DNA of 64,000 nt from Psammoneis japonica (GCA_008632985.1 QPGO01000004.1:496001-560000), one strand, 5' to 3'; numbered from the stretch's first letter, positions 44,580 to 57,522 are shown. Notes: generated from the letters alone by a model not told the origin. Program-made: numbers and translations.

Positions 44580-47100
44580 TCGATGCACCCATTGGTCGCA
44601 GGTCAGGCCAGAATTGCAGAGGTTCCAACTGAAACATGGCCATGACAGCTGCTGCTGGTAAGCTGCTGAGCTGCTTCTGGAAAACTGTGCAACAAGAACC
44701 TTGTGAATGTGCCAGCAGCAATCAATCACATGCTTGAGATGAGGGCATGACCGACAAGGGCAATGACGACAAAAATGATTCCCTCCGCCAGCGCAGCGCT
44801 TTTGACATTGTTGTTGCAGCTGAGTGAGGAATTTGCTGATGTGAAAAACAGCCAAAATTCAAAATGTTTTCATTGAGGCCAACCCCAACCGAGCAAAAAA
44901 AGAAAATGAAAAAGACGAAATGGCTCGAAAAGCTCGAACTCACCCGGATTTTCACCCTCGACTCTTTTTCAACTCGGCCGAAACGAAAAAAGAGTCCGAC
45001 TCTTTTTTCACAAACCCGGAAGTGTGAAAAAAGAGAAAAGAGTGATGTGGGCCGCATGCTGTCACACAATTCGTGCATGCGTCTTGGTTTGCGTAGGACA
45101 CCAGCAAAGCAATCCAAAGTTCGCCTCACGCACCGCATCATCAAGTCGCCATGGCGGTCTGTGATTGTTTTTGATGACTTCTTTCAATGTCATGACTGTG
45201 TGAGTAACACCAGTTGATCATTTGAAGCAGACATGACATGTCTCTTGAAGGAGTTGGTGAAGCATGCAGCAGCTCTTCTGCAACAGACCTTTTGTCTTCA
45301 AATGATGTGGGTCTTGATGTGCATCATAGAAAGTCGACACATGAGGTCCCTAAAGTGGATCTTTGTGACACAGAAATGGCCACACTGACTGATTTAGATG
45401 CGACTTGTTCAATGGTGCTATTCTCACGCTGTTTGATTCTAGATTGGGGGCTCGAAATGGCCCGAGAAGTGCACAAAAACTTTCCACTTGACAACCACTT
45501 AAGTCATCCCACAAGCCTGTTGCATTTGCACTGAACAAAAAAAGAAATGGCACCCACCGACTGGGAAAAAATGGAGGTTCTCATGGTGTCACTCTCATTG
45601 TCATAAGGCAGAACTTCGATGCCGTTGTGGTCGTCATCTTCATTGTCGTGTGAGGCCTCTCGCTTTGCTTGTCATCAGCATGCCCAAGACACCCGGATGT
45701 TTGGCTTTTTAATTTTCACGCCGGCTGGGTCACCAAAACGACAAAATGAAAAAAGAGTTGAGGTTGGCTCTTTTTCATTTTCTTTTTTCGCTCGGCTGGG
45801 GTTGGCCTGAGGATCCATTTCTCTGAAATCCACAGTGACTTGACACATGACCAGCGGCGAGATTTCCAATTGAGTGCAAAGCTCTTCATGAGCGGGCTCT
45901 CAAATTCAGTGTTCTCACCTGTTGGTTTCTTGTGTCACAGCCAGAAAATGGCAAATCAGGCAGTGTTTTCATCCCCCAAATCTCATGTTTTGGGTGTCCA
46001 AAATCTTTCTCCTGCACAGCTCACAGTGGTGCAGTGCACACCTTGCTGTGGAGGGTGCTTTTTTTCACACTGCTGGGCACCACAATGCAAACCCAAACCC
46101 GCTGCTTGCACAAGGCATTCCACACAAATCACACCAGAAAATGTGCAGATCTGGCAACAACCAACATTGTCGGTGCATCAACACCACAGCCTCACACTGT
46201 CCACAGACGTTTTCAAACTTGTTGTGGAATCGTGGGCACAGCATTGGAGCAGAAAGAGCCAGCAGTCATTTCATGCTCAATTTTGTCCAAGAGTGAACAA
46301 CTGCAAATTGTCGCTTTTTCAGTGATGTGTGTCATTGATTGTTGTCATGTGCTCAGATCTGCTGCACCTTGCAAGCAAAATGACATGGAAGCAAATGTGT
46401 CTTTCCGTTGCAGCTTGCAACAGCATTGTCTTTCTTGTTGTGGTGTAGCCATTGTTTCTGTCATTTGCATGAAATGTCTTTTTGCTTTTTGCAAAAAATG
46501 TGCTCACTCTTGGACTGGGCTCTTTCTCTTGATCATGCCGGTTTTCAGCCGATGTGATGCCTTGGCTCTGGCCCTGTCAACTGGTGTCCGCACGAGATGT
46601 GGTTCGACCACAGCTCTTAGACAATTTGTGGCAGACGCAGTCTGGGGTCTTGTTTTTTGTTGGTGATCACAGCTTTGTGAGTTTTTTTTTTAAATTTCTA
46701 GATGGTTGCATTGAATTTTGCTGCTTGGGCGGATTTGAGTGCACTGGAGATGCCCTGTTGGTTGCATCACATTTTGAAGGCAGGGTGCTGCAAGAATGTG
46801 AGTGTTTTTCTTTCACTCAGCTCACAGCCTCACCCAAATGGTCACACTTCATGCAGGATTCAGCAAAAAGAGTGCAGTTTTGGCTTGCTGTTTGTTAAAA
46901 GATGCGCGTCAATCAAGCTGTGCTGAGCACTTCTTGCACCTGTCAACATGAGCTCGCCTGGTGCCACCACACATGGCTGGAAACAGTGTCGCAGTGACAA
47001 CAGAATGGGAGAAATGCCTTCTTGGACAGCAATGGCATCATTGGCACCATTGTGCATCACGACAGCATCGTCAACACACTCCTGATTTGGTGTTGAGCTC
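44580..47100. repeat. Second TpA-depleted repeat island; contains the Harbinger-like element and unclassified decayed sequence
   Basis: Near absence of TA and excess TG/CA; translations are Cys/His-rich and Tyr-poor in all frames. Confidence 0.7.
44877..45807. mobile_element. Non-autonomous TIR element (PIF/Harbinger-like), 3-bp TSD TGA
   Basis: TGA|GGCCAACCCCAACCGAGCAAAAAAAGAAAATGAAAAAGA at the left end, and its near-perfect reverse complement ending ...GGGGTTGGCC|TGA at the right end. Confidence 0.8.
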
Positions 47101-47357
47101 TCTACAAAAACACATGCACGCAGCATTCTACTCTAATGCACCAGTGCACGATGAACCCTCAATCGGACCGTTTTTTCTCCACGCAGAGGCTGAAGATGGT
47201 GAGTGTCACACCCGTGCTCGTATCCTGAGCTACAGCACGCATAATGCGACAGCGCTCATCGTTCCGCCTTTTTGGGGTGTGAGGACAAGAAGGAAGAGAA
47301 TAACAGCAGTGTACTTGTGCTTCAATTGAGCGTTCTACCCACACGACGCCAAAAAAA

Positions 47358-47816
47358 ATGATGGAGGGTCAACGTCATCATGCCGGATTAAGCGTGCGCC
47401 AACGGATCGGCCTCTATATCTATTTGTTCTCCGCCGGCTTTCCAGCCTTGATCGTCAATGGATTCTTCCCAGATGCTAACGTTCTTTCCTTCTGGCAGTG
47501 GGCAGCCATCTCATCTGTCGGTGGTGCGATCGCAGGAGCAATTTTCGGAGAAAACGGAAACGAAGAAGTGACTGCCATTGCAGGCTTTGTGAGTGGCTTC
47601 TGTTGTTTGCCGGCGCTCATGGGATATGTCCATATGCGAGACATGCTGGAGCTGGGCCATACCTACTCTTCTGTCGAGCTCCTTATTCCTTTTGGATATT
47701 CCATGGTACCAGGATGGTGCATTCTTATCCTATTAAGCGACACATGCGAGCGCAATCGTTGGTTCCTAGTGAGGAACATGCACACTTGGTTGAAATGCCA
47801 TGACTTCATCAAGTAG
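47358..47816 (+). CDS. Small hypothetical multi-pass membrane protein
   Basis: 152-aa ORF with about 4 hydrophobic segments (e.g. WAAISSVGGAIAGAIFG). Confidence 0.55.
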   Translation: MMEGQRHHAGLSVRQRIGLYIYLFSAGFPALIVNGFFPDANVLSFWQWAAISSVGGAIAGAIFGENGNEEVTAIAGFVSGFCCLPALMGYVHMRDMLELGHTYSSVELLIPFGYSMVPGWCILILLSDTCERNRWFLVRNMHTWLKCHDFIK

Positions 47817-48575
47817 AGAAAATGATGGACTAACAAAAACCAAATGGTCGTTCAGTGTTACCTTGTATCCAATGACATGATATTAGAAACAACGTTGGAG
47901 GCGATGGATAACATCAATCGTCCATGGCCACACCACTTGCAACAATTCGTTCTAGGCCCTACACGCTCCACAAGGTACTTCTTTCGCCAATGTCGACCAG
48001 ATTTTGACGTGGCATCCTTGGACTTGACAGCATCCTATTCATCGCATTGCATTCGATGCCTGTTGGTCGCAGGTCGGGATTGCAGAAGTTTCCAAGTTGG
48101 AACACAGAACAGTAGATGGCAGGGTAGCTGGAGGGATACATGTGGAAAACGATGTGTAACAAGAATCTTGCGACTATAGCAGCAATCGCATACTTGAGAA
48201 GAGGGCACAACCGAGGGCAGTGACGATCGACCTCAAGATCCGCTCAAGATACGAAATGATAAAGAGAGAAACACCGCGCACAAGATCTACCCTACCATCT
48301 CGTGCCACCCCTTCGCACCCAAATCCCACCTTAAGCACCTTAAAGGGAGTTAAATCTGAACAAGACTACTGGTGGTAGATGGTGTCGCTTTCCTGATTCA
48401 TCTTGTCTCCCTTCCCCGTACAAAAGACAAAGACGTTCTGCCTTCGTTTTGAGCAAAGAATTCTGCTTTGCGTCGTACGTACACGTCATGGGTAGAGGGG
48501 CGTTCAAAAATGCTTTGCCTATTATTGCATATTTTTTACACGTTAGCAGATACCAACTGGAGAATAGCCATTTCC

Positions 48576-49448
48576 TCAAAATCGAGAGCGAGAAATAGAC
48601 TGACAATAAATGTCAAAGCCAAATTGTTCTTCTGCGCTAGACTCCTCGTACATTGTACCGGACGCAACCAAACCTGCGTGTTCCTTCTTGATCTCATCCA
48701 TCAGCTTATAAAACGCGGGGCTGTGATTCTGATGGATGCAATGCGCTAGTTCGTGGCACATTGTGTTAACGATCTGGTTGTAGGATCGGAACTTGTAGTG
48801 ATTAAGGCGGTCGCGAAGGCGAATGTGAATCAGATGCATTGTTTTGTTACCCTTGAAGCGAATCGTGCGGTTATAGCCACCGCATTGATCTTCGCTGCCA
48901 TTGGCGGTTATGACCTTGATTCTATTGCGCTTGCGATCCTCCCCACCCCAGGCCGTGAATCCGTCAGAGCAGCAGCACATCTCCGAGACGGAAAACACGA
49001 GATATCCTCGTCGCTTTATGATAGGTAGGAACTCCTTGGCAAGCCGCCGAATCATGAAAGCAGAGCGTTCTGAGGATGGCAAGTATGGAATGTGAAGAAA
49101 AGTTGACAGTCCATCACGGGTCACCACAGCTTTGTCGTTCATCTTTCGGTTGGTGACGGCTGGGGCCCCAATGCTAGAATTCACTCCGGTCACCCCGGTA
49201 CCTGCCGGCTGGTCAAGCCGTGCCATTTGAAGACTCAGGCTTTCCTTCTCTTGATCCTCAGTCTTTTGGTTTTCGTCATTAGACAGTGGCTGCCTGAGTT
49301 CCACTGGAATGTTTGGTACATCATCTGGCGAACCCCTGGGCAGAAATCTTGCCGGTTCTGGGAGGATGATTTTCTTCCTAGCCTGCTTCTTCCTTCTGAA
49401 GCTCCCCAGAGGACTTTTTGTATGCGTTGGTTTTAGAAGGCGCTTCAT
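48576..49448 (-). CDS. WLM-domain (Wss1-like) zinc metallopeptidase; true start uncertain
   Basis: IRRLAKEFLPIIKRRGY.V..VSEM, GYN, IHIRLR, TMCHELAHCIHQNHSPAFYKLMDEI (HExxH...H). Confidence 0.82.
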   Translation of the reverse strand: MKRLLKPTHTKSPLGSFRRKKQARKKIILPEPARFLPRGSPDDVPNIPVELRQPLSNDENQKTEDQEKESLSLQMARLDQPAGTGVTGVNSSIGAPAVTNRKMNDKAVVTRDGLSTFLHIPYLPSSERSAFMIRRLAKEFLPIIKRRGYLVFSVSEMCCCSDGFTAWGGEDRKRNRIKVITANGSEDQCGGYNRTIRFKGNKTMHLIHIRLRDRLNHYKFRSYNQIVNTMCHELAHCIHQNHSPAFYKLMDEIKKEHAGLVASGTMYEESSAEEQFGFDIYCQSISRSRF

Positions 49449-50263
49449 CCAGTAGTTCTTGACGTCGAAGAGCGGCCTTTCCTGCCCTCTCCTGGCACTC
49501 CTTCGACATCGCTGTTTCCTTCACTCGATGGCGCTCATTGAGCTTGACAACTCCAGCAACAAAGACTGCGATAATACAGGCATTCAGAATAGGATTGTTC
49601 AGCAGGAGCAACATTCTATCTGAGAAGGTCTTTAGCCTCTCTTTTCCTCGACACACCTGTCCTGTGACGGATGATGGTGGCAAGAAAGTGGCTGCAAGAT
49701 GAGAAAAAGAAGATCCGCAATTTTGGTCCCACGACGAGTCGCCACCGTCATCACGACTAAAAGATGGCGTTTCGTGATTTGAGCGGTCCAGCACGCACCG
49801 GAACGACGCTCTTCATTTTCTACTGTTGTCGAAGCAGGAGCCCTTTGGGGTTAACGATTATTGGGAAATCTTCAGATTGAACCTTGAGCACAAAGGAGCA
49901 ATCAAGAATGCCACCGCCGGGGATGACGACAAAGAAGATTGAGAAGACGATTATGACACTGCACCGGAGAAGCTAAGGAGGACGACAGGACCACGATGAA
50001 ATTGTCGGAAGAGAGTAGGCACAGCGGGTTGTGCTGGAAAACTGACTAAAAGGGTTTGTCGCAAGCCTTTGTCAGATGACGAAGAGATTGTCTTCCGTCC
50101 TCGTAAGAATCATCGTCGAGAAACTAATTCTTCTGAATTCATGCCTCCCAGTAAGTGTCACTGTTCTCACTCGATGGCGGAGGATAAACAATACGGAAGA
50201 AAAATAGGAGGTAGTGATTCGAAAAGAACTAATAGATTTCCGGAATTACTAGCGGGATTTGCC

Positions 50264-50546
50264 TTATTTCATCTTGTCTGCATTTGAGTTGGGCTGGATA
50301 AAACGCACAAATTGAGAGAAAAATGAGAACGACTTTCGAAACAAATTACGAACGATGCAGCGTAACACTTACACCAACTCGCTTGCCACCCATTCCGGTA
50401 ACAACATTGACATATCGACGGTTGTATTGAAGACGCTTCTTTGCCCGACCACGGGGCATCTTCTTCTTGTCTTCCTGGGGCTCGACCTTGGGGGTCTGTC
50501 CCTTGACTTTACCAGCACGTGCGAGCGATCCGTGAACCTTTCCCAT
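50264..50546 (-). CDS. RPS30: 40S ribosomal protein S30 (eS30), 2 exons
   Basis: [21 protein letters not shown]...[17 protein letters not shown]...G|PNSN; intron 50372-50294. Confidence 0.96.
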
Positions 50547-51341
50547 GATTGAATAATGTGCCCTGCTTGTCAAGAGTGAGAGGAGGTTACTGTGAGTTTA
50601 ACATGCACTCGAAAAAATGGAATTCTTGCACGAAAGCAGCTGATTTTTCATAACAAAACAGCGACGCGACTCAGCCAACTCCAGCATCCAAACAGCAACA
50701 TTCGGACCCAGAACCCAATCGAGTCGTCTCGCCATGAGCCGCACCGCCAAAATACGGCAGAGCGCCAAAATAATGCTGCTTTTTTGATCATGCAAACAGT
50801 CGTTACCCCGAGGCATCGTATCAGTGAAAAACCAAACTGCTTCCTCAACAAAAATTGCGCCATGGTCATGTCCTCACCTTGCTGTTTCAGCCGTCGATAA
50901 TTTTTTGGACCTGGCCTCAGCTCGGTCTCGTTGTAAGGTTATAGCTTCTACGGGCTCTCAGTATTGATTCTACGTATGACTTCTAGTAAGCGGTACTTGA
51001 ACGCATGAATTTTTGACAGTAAATCAAAGATATTCAAAACTATATACCTTCAAATATTAAAAAAATGTCCGAAATATTTTTCAGCCAATGAAATCACGAA
51101 TCAAATTTTGGGCGTTATTATATATGCCCAACAGAAAAAAGCGAAAAAGCTGTGCAGTCTTTTGCAAAAAGTGATGTCCGATGAATGATGATTCGATGCT
51201 GGGGATGCTGCGGCGGAACATCCAATCATAAGTCATCTCAACGCACTTCCAACTTGTTACTTGTTACTGTACACGGTACAACTCAAGTCTTGCTCACACC
51301 AATAACTTGCCCAACAGGACGCATTTTCATACGGTATCACA

Positions 51342-51833
51342 ATGATGAAGCTTCTCTTCTTTTTCCTCCTTCTATTAACCACGTTGAATCCTGCAAGATC
51401 TGCTTTGCGTGGGGCCGACGTCGCGAAACAGCGTTTCGATGTACGACGCTCTCGCATCGGTCATAACGGTAGTCGACGAGCGACTACAAACTGGTATACA
51501 CAATACTGGGCGGACCTTCCTGATAATATTCGCGATGCAGCTAGAGACTTGGGCTATGACCAGGCATCCTGGGACAATGGAGAAACAATCCCCACGGACT
51601 ATCTTTACTGGCACCAACTCACACCGGCACAACAAGCCGCTGCTGTTCTTGTGTTTGGCTACGACGAGGATACCTGGAACGACTACGTCGCTCGTCTTTG
51701 GGAAAGTGTGCAACGCACGCCTGCTTCTACTCCGGTGTCAACGCCGATATCGACCCCAAAGGAAACGGAGAAACCTGTTGATAATGGCGAACTGCCTGTA
51801 GACAATGATGTTGGCAATCCTGGTGGCGAGTAG
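51342..51833 (+). CDS. Small secreted protein with two W/Y-rich YWxxLxxxxxxAAxx(L/F)GYxxxxW(D/N) repeats
   Basis: Signal peptide; YWADLPDNIRDAARDLGYDQASWD and YWHQLTPAQQAAAVLVFGYDEDTWN. Confidence 0.75.
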   Translation: MMKLLFFFLLLLTTLNPARSALRGADVAKQRFDVRRSRIGHNGSRRATTNWYTQYWADLPDNIRDAARDLGYDQASWDNGETIPTDYLYWHQLTPAQQAAAVLVFGYDEDTWNDYVARLWESVQRTPASTPVSTPISTPKETEKPVDNGELPVDNDVGNPGGE

Positions 51834-52500
51834 GAGAGGATGTTGTCCCGCGATAGGCAGCTTCCAAAAAATTAGGTCTGGAAGGTCCCATGCATGATTC
51901 CTCCCAGCGTTGATTGATTGAGGATATGATACAGCATGTGTGTCCGTCGCCTCAGTCATGAAGGTTGCAATGATAATGCTAAGGACCCAAAAGTAATGTT
52001 CACAGTTCGTTGATCTCAGTTTAGAATTCACGAGATATATTTGAGCTTGTTAGATGCTGTTATTGATCTCGCGACGCTATGTCGCTTCTCGTGGAGTTTG
52101 TTCAAATGATTGCCGTTGCCGTATGCTTGAAGAGATGCTGGGAATTGTCTCTGCAATACCTGCTTATAGCTCCACAAGGTCATTTGCAAACAATGAAGTG
52201 CACCAACTGCATACAAAAGTACGACCAGGGTAGTTCGTCCAGGCGCCACTCCAAAGTACTTGGTCGCAGTTTGGTGTCCGCAGAGCAGGATAGAGTGGTA
52301 TACTGCAATGAGCTACTTTTTGCACATAATGCCCGTCTGGTAACTCTCTACCAACGAAGAGCCCGTAACTTCCGACAAGTCTATGGTTAACTCTGTTTTA
52401 GTCTTCGGCCGAGGTATCATCACTAGCAACAACATGCAAAGAGGCCGCAACCTCCAAAACGAACAAGTCTAATTCAAAAAGCTCTTTAAGAGAGCAGCAA

Positions 52501-54393
52501 TTACACCAACTTGATAATACATCGTTGACTGACGTTCGGGCCGACATGAGCAAGAAACTCCTCCAAGAGCGGTCGGACTACTCTTTGTCCGTGCGGATTT
52601 AACATTTCCAACGTGACAATCGACGACGCGCCCACATCCAATGGAATGGTTTCGACTCGAGCTCCACCATGCTCTTTCTTTGATTCGCCGTGGTGGTACA
52701 GAGTGCAGCAGTGTCGTTCGGGACTGTCGCGGTACAAGATTTCTTGTGCCTCCTTGGCATCGACCCACTCGTAATGAGTGGGACACAGCAGGGCGCTCGG
52801 TCGATAGTCTGCCTTGTATTTCATTTTCTGACAACTCTCGATATAATAGCCCAAATAATAAAATGGCAATTTGGATGTTTGCGTAAATTCGATTTCTTTC
52901 AAAATGGCAAACTTGCCAAGCGCCAAGTGTTTGGACAAGGCGGGATGATAAAAGGCATAGACCGACGACAATCCTGTAGGCAACACATCCACGACACCCA
53001 CGGCAATCAATTGTCCTTGAACACGATAGTGTTGATGAAAGGTTCCAAGTGGCAGTGCCGTATTGTTTTTTTCGGTTGACAGCAAGGGAGACTCAACGAG
53101 GAAGCGAAAAAATGAAGTGAAGGACTTTTGGATCCGGCTCACTTGTTCTGCGGAGTATTTTGTACCGTATTCTCGTTGAAGCATTTGTTTAGCCTTTTCC
53201 AATGTACCAGACGCATCGTCGTCATCGCCCTCTTCCTCTTCTTCTTCTTGTTGAGCGCCCGTTTGCTCTGCATTGGTGGTCGGAGTTGCAAAAGGATCAG
53301 GATCACCGTGAATTTCGTGTTGGTACAGTGCGTACAACTTGTGCACTTCAGGTTGGAGCGCACTCTCTTGTGCGGGATGGGTCACAATTTCCAACTTGTA
53401 AGGTGGCTGTAGCGCCGTTTCACCCATTGACTCGAGCCAGTCTCCCAACACATCGGGTGGTTGCTTGGAAACACCCTCCATGGCTTGTCCTCCTTCATCA
53501 CCTTGATCATCGGATGGGCATTCTCGTTTTCGATTATTATTATTATGATTAGGCTCTTCCTTTTCTTTTAATGTCACGAGTATTTGACCACTCTTTTCGT
53601 GTCGTTCCAAACGCACGAGTTCTAGAGGAAAGGACCATTCTGTTGTAGCGTCGCACAGCTCTCGCAAGGACTTTGCAACTCCCAAGGACAAGTCACTCTT
53701 GTTTAATTTTCCCTTGGATCGCCCCGCCACTGCTGCACAACACGATGTGAAGATAATAATTTCATTCTTGGCATGCTTTTGTTTGTTCGTCTTTTGAATC
53801 TTGTAGCTGCACAAGGCAGAATCAAACATTACAATCTTTTCGACAGAGTCGCATGTTTGTTTTAGGTGTGTTGTGAGTGCTTGATGCGTTAAATGCTGTA
53901 AAAATGCCAACACACCGCAATCTCGTACAATTCGTTCCAACTTGGTCACCTCTTTCTCTTTTTTGTGTTGTTTTGTTTCCTTTTCAACATGGTAATTTTG
54001 CAAACACCGTTCCATACTCCGCAACACGCGTTTTTGACTCTTGGAGATTTGAAAGCGATCCACTTGTAGCCGTATAGATAGCGCGGGACAACACGAATTC
54101 CAATTATCCGGCTTGTAGAGATGCATTCCCGAACGACGCCAACCATGATTCATGAGTATTTCGTAATCCTTGCACGACATGCGGTCCACCAACAATCCGT
54201 ACGAACTCGATGAGTCGGACTTTTGTTTATTGACCAAGTGAGATCGTTTGCCTTGACAATAACCACACGACGATTCTGAAACACCACATAATCTTACAAT
54301 ATTGTGTTGATGTTGTTCTTGTTGTCTTGCACTAGTCGTCGTCGTCTCCATTGTCGCGGTTATGTTGTGCTGAATATGCAAAATGTCTGGCAC
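52501..54393 (-). CDS. ATE1: Arginyl-tRNA--protein transferase
   Basis: SSCGYC, GWRRSG.HLYKPD...CCP..SIRL, LY..YQ..IHGD, GTFHQHYR..GQLIAVGVVDVLP, YYLGYYIESCQKMKYKADYRPS. Confidence 0.95.
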   Translation of the reverse strand: MPDILHIQHNITATMETTTTSARQQEQHQHNIVRLCGVSESSCGYCQGKRSHLVNKQKSDSSSSYGLLVDRMSCKDYEILMNHGWRRSGMHLYKPDNWNSCCPALSIRLQVDRFQISKSQKRVLRSMERCLQNYHVEKETKQHKKEKEVTKLERIVRDCGVLAFLQHLTHQALTTHLKQTCDSVEKIVMFDSALCSYKIQKTNKQKHAKNEIIIFTSCCAAVAGRSKGKLNKSDLSLGVAKSLRELCDATTEWSFPLELVRLERHEKSGQILVTLKEKEEPNHNNNNRKRECPSDDQGDEGGQAMEGVSKQPPDVLGDWLESMGETALQPPYKLEIVTHPAQESALQPEVHKLYALYQHEIHGDPDPFATPTTNAEQTGAQQEEEEEEGDDDDASGTLEKAKQMLQREYGTKYSAEQVSRIQKSFTSFFRFLVESPLLSTEKNNTALPLGTFHQHYRVQGQLIAVGVVDVLPTGLSSVYAFYHPALSKHLALGKFAILKEIEFTQTSKLPFYYLGYYIESCQKMKYKADYRPSALLCPTHYEWVDAKEAQEILYRDSPERHCCTLYHHGESKKEHGGARVETIPLDVGASSIVTLEMLNPHGQRVVRPLLEEFLAHVGPNVSQRCIIKLV

Positions 54394-54638
54394 TTTTTGT
54401 GCGAACGCAAATCAAAATGCCATCATGAGATTCGCGCGCGACCATCAATCGCGCGAACTAACACTGACAACACACGGACGTTTGCGCGCGAGCGTTTTAT
54501 TTGCTTGCTTGGGTTTCACGTTTCACGTTTTTCGACGAGACAATGGGCAAAAAGTACCGGTAGTTTTTGCATTAACAAGCACTGTACATCAAGGGAAAGA
54601 ACAGTCAGCGCAGCACTGACTTCTTCTCTCTGACAACA

Positions 54639-56427
54639 ATGGGCAAGAACCGTCAACGCCAGAACCGCGACACGTCCGCATCACACAATCGTCGTGCCGC
54701 TTCACGTCGTTCCGATGCTTCCTCGTCCGCTACTACTTCTTCTTCTTCGACCGCAACAACCGCGCAAGTTACCGAAGCATCGTCGTCGTCCGTCACTACG
54801 ACTGCAGCAACAACAACGACAAGTCGAAAACGATCTATGTTGGAATGGTGTCGTGATGAACAAGAAGGACTGTTATGGGTGTTGGGTTGTGCGTTGGTGG
54901 GATCGCTGTTTGGATTTGGAATTGGTACAGGACACTTGACGGGTGCCATTGGCGAAACGACAACAAGTCCATGGAGAGATGCATTGGGTTACAAGATTCG
55001 ATCGTCGGCTGTCTTTCGTATTGGTACGCTTCAAACGAAACCGTGGGAACCCATGCTGGATTTCTATCAACACGTCGCAAGCGGCGGTAGGGATGATGCG
55101 TCGTTTCGTATGCGGGGAGAAAAGGGAGAATCGTGGAAAAACGATCCATCGCATCCAACCACATTTGCCGTCTTGAGAGAAGCTGTTGTGCGAGAAGAGG
55201 GTGGTTATGTTCATCCCGATTTGGGAGTACTCTCTCCTGCTCCCTGTGGCGCCGCACGAGGATTGGGAATGGTTAGTTCCACTTATACCGAGTGTCAAAT
55301 CAATTGTTTTCCAGGGGTTGCCTCTGAAAAACAAAAGCATGCCAACGAGACATCCTCTAATAAAAAGGATGACGCACCAAAAAGCTACAAACAAGAAGAA
55401 GTCTTGTTGCGCATCCCGCTCTCGTTTCAAATGACTCGCAATGTTGGCCTAGACACGATTCTTCCGCTCATTCCCGCCGACGCGCAAGAACGTGCTCCGC
55501 TGGAAGAATTGGACGATGCCGCCATTTTGGTGCTACTCCTAGCACACGAACGAGGCTTGGGTCTAGCCTCTCGGTATTATCCCTACATTGCATCCTTGCC
55601 AATCGAACCGTCGTGTGGTTACAGCCTCAAGTCACGTCCCTTCATGCTGGACGCGGTTGCCATTATGGGTTCCCAAATGGGCTTTGATGTCAATGCGTGG
55701 CCATCGGAATTGGCCAAGGCCACGGCGTATGCCGGCAAGATTGCAACTGGATTGGCGCGAGATTATGGTGGACATTTAAAGCACCCACCGGGCGTGACGC
55801 ACAAGGAAAATTTGGATTGGGCGCTTTGTCAAGTAGCATCACGCGCCACGGCCGGTTCGGAACAGCACGGCACGCTGAGGCTTGTGCCTGTTGCAGACAT
55901 GATTAATCACGATGTCGATGCGGGTGGCTTTATTGAATTGACTGGAAAAGAGCGATTGTGTGAGTTTGTGTGTTATTTGAATGTTTAAATGTTGTAGCTA
56001 GATGTTTGTTCCTCGCGTCAGTTGTCTCACAAAATTTACGTTGTGTCTACGAGCAGCAAAGGGAGACTTTATTGATGCAACAGAAGAAGACAGTGGAACC
56101 TTTGTTGTGCGAAGTCTCCGACACGGCAGAAGGAAGCCACTCAAGAAGGGACAGGTGTGTAACCTTGCAAAATCTTGCTTTTCCCGCTTGTCGCATGTTT
56201 CTCACACGCTTTCTACCTTTATGTAGGAACTCCTTGTGAATTATAACGTACCTGCGTACAGTCCGCTAGATTGGTTTGTATCGCTCGGCTTCGTGCCTCG
56301 TGAGCGATGGGCTCGTTGGTCCAAGATTGACGCGGCTCTTCCACGAGCACGACGAGGCCCCATTGCCGAGGAGCCACCCCGTGCTTCTTCTGCTGGAACG
56401 ACGACACAAGGTACATGCAGCGATTGA
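54639..56427 (+). CDS. SET-domain (Rubisco LSMT/SETD3-like) methyltransferase with an N-terminal TM segment; 3 exons
   Basis: GGYVHP, RGLG, VLLRIP, YYPYIASLP, WALCQVASRA, LVPVADMINHD; later exons LKKGQ|ELLVNY. Confidence 0.8.
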
Positions 56428-56538
56428 CGATTCTGTGGTCTGTGCTATTGATCCTTGTGTATGAGAGATCGGCAACTGTGTAGGATTAAAAAAGGAAGCA
56501 CTTGCTACTTGTGAAAAAACCGTAACTCTACATGACTT

Positions 56539-57522
56539 TTAGGCCGACACTTTGTACTTGATTGCCTCCCGATCAAAGGCTCCCTCCACACGCTCTAGCC
56601 CCTGACAGAATGAATGGTTTGGAAAGTTGCTTTTTAGCTTGGCAAGAACGGGAGAAATGGCAGTCATGCCCTTGCCCTGATGTTGGTAGCACACCACCAA
56701 ATTGACCAAGGTGTCCGCGTCCTCGGGGAATTCCCTCAAGCAGTCCTTGAGTGACCCCTCGGCCGCATCAAAATCACCCGACGCCATGTACGAACACGCC
56801 ATGAGATTCAACAAGAGCGGCGACGGCCCGTATTGTTCCGACATGGAGTTCAAGTGATGCACGGCATCGGCAGCCGTGGATGATCCCGTGGCAATATCAA
56901 CAAACACGGCACCGAGTTGAGTCAACACCGCGTCCTCGTCTCCCTGTCTCATGAGTGAAAGCTGTTCAGCCGCCAAATCGAGACGATCAATTTTGATATA
57001 AATCTGCAAACACAAGCACAAATGTTCCATGGTTAATCCAAGGTGCACGCATTGCAAAGCCTCCCGCGTCAGTCCAGCCTGCAAAAACACGTGAGCCGCC
57101 GTTAGCTGTACCCCCGTGTTGGACGCTTGTTCAGCCAATACCGACTTGATGTCGTCGACTGCCTTTTGTTGAGCCGCCTCATCGTCGCTGGAACATTCAT
57201 AAAGGGCACGTAATTTCAACACCTTGATGGCTAAAAGAATTTGTCATAGCGAATGGAAAATTTTGAGCAAAAAGACCTGCTTGATTCCTGATTCACAGTA
57301 CATTCTACACAAAAACATACCAGGAGAGGAATCCGGAGCCGCTGTGACCTTGTCGTAGTTGCCCAATGCCATGTGTGATCGAAGGATAAACTCCTCGCGC
57401 TCCGCCTTGAGAATCGGTGACATGGGACGTCGGGCAATTGCTTTAGCCTCTTCTAGAGCAAGGTTGTAATGGCCGAGCCAAAACTGCGCCCGAAGCGTGT
57501 AGAGTTCATCCGGTTCCGCCAT
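56539..57522 (-). CDS. COPE: Coatomer subunit epsilon (2 exons)
   Basis: MAEPDELYTLRAQFWLGHY, QIYIKIDRLDLA, DEDAVLTQL, SPLLLN, DTLVNLVVC, FDR near the C-terminus. Confidence 0.93.
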
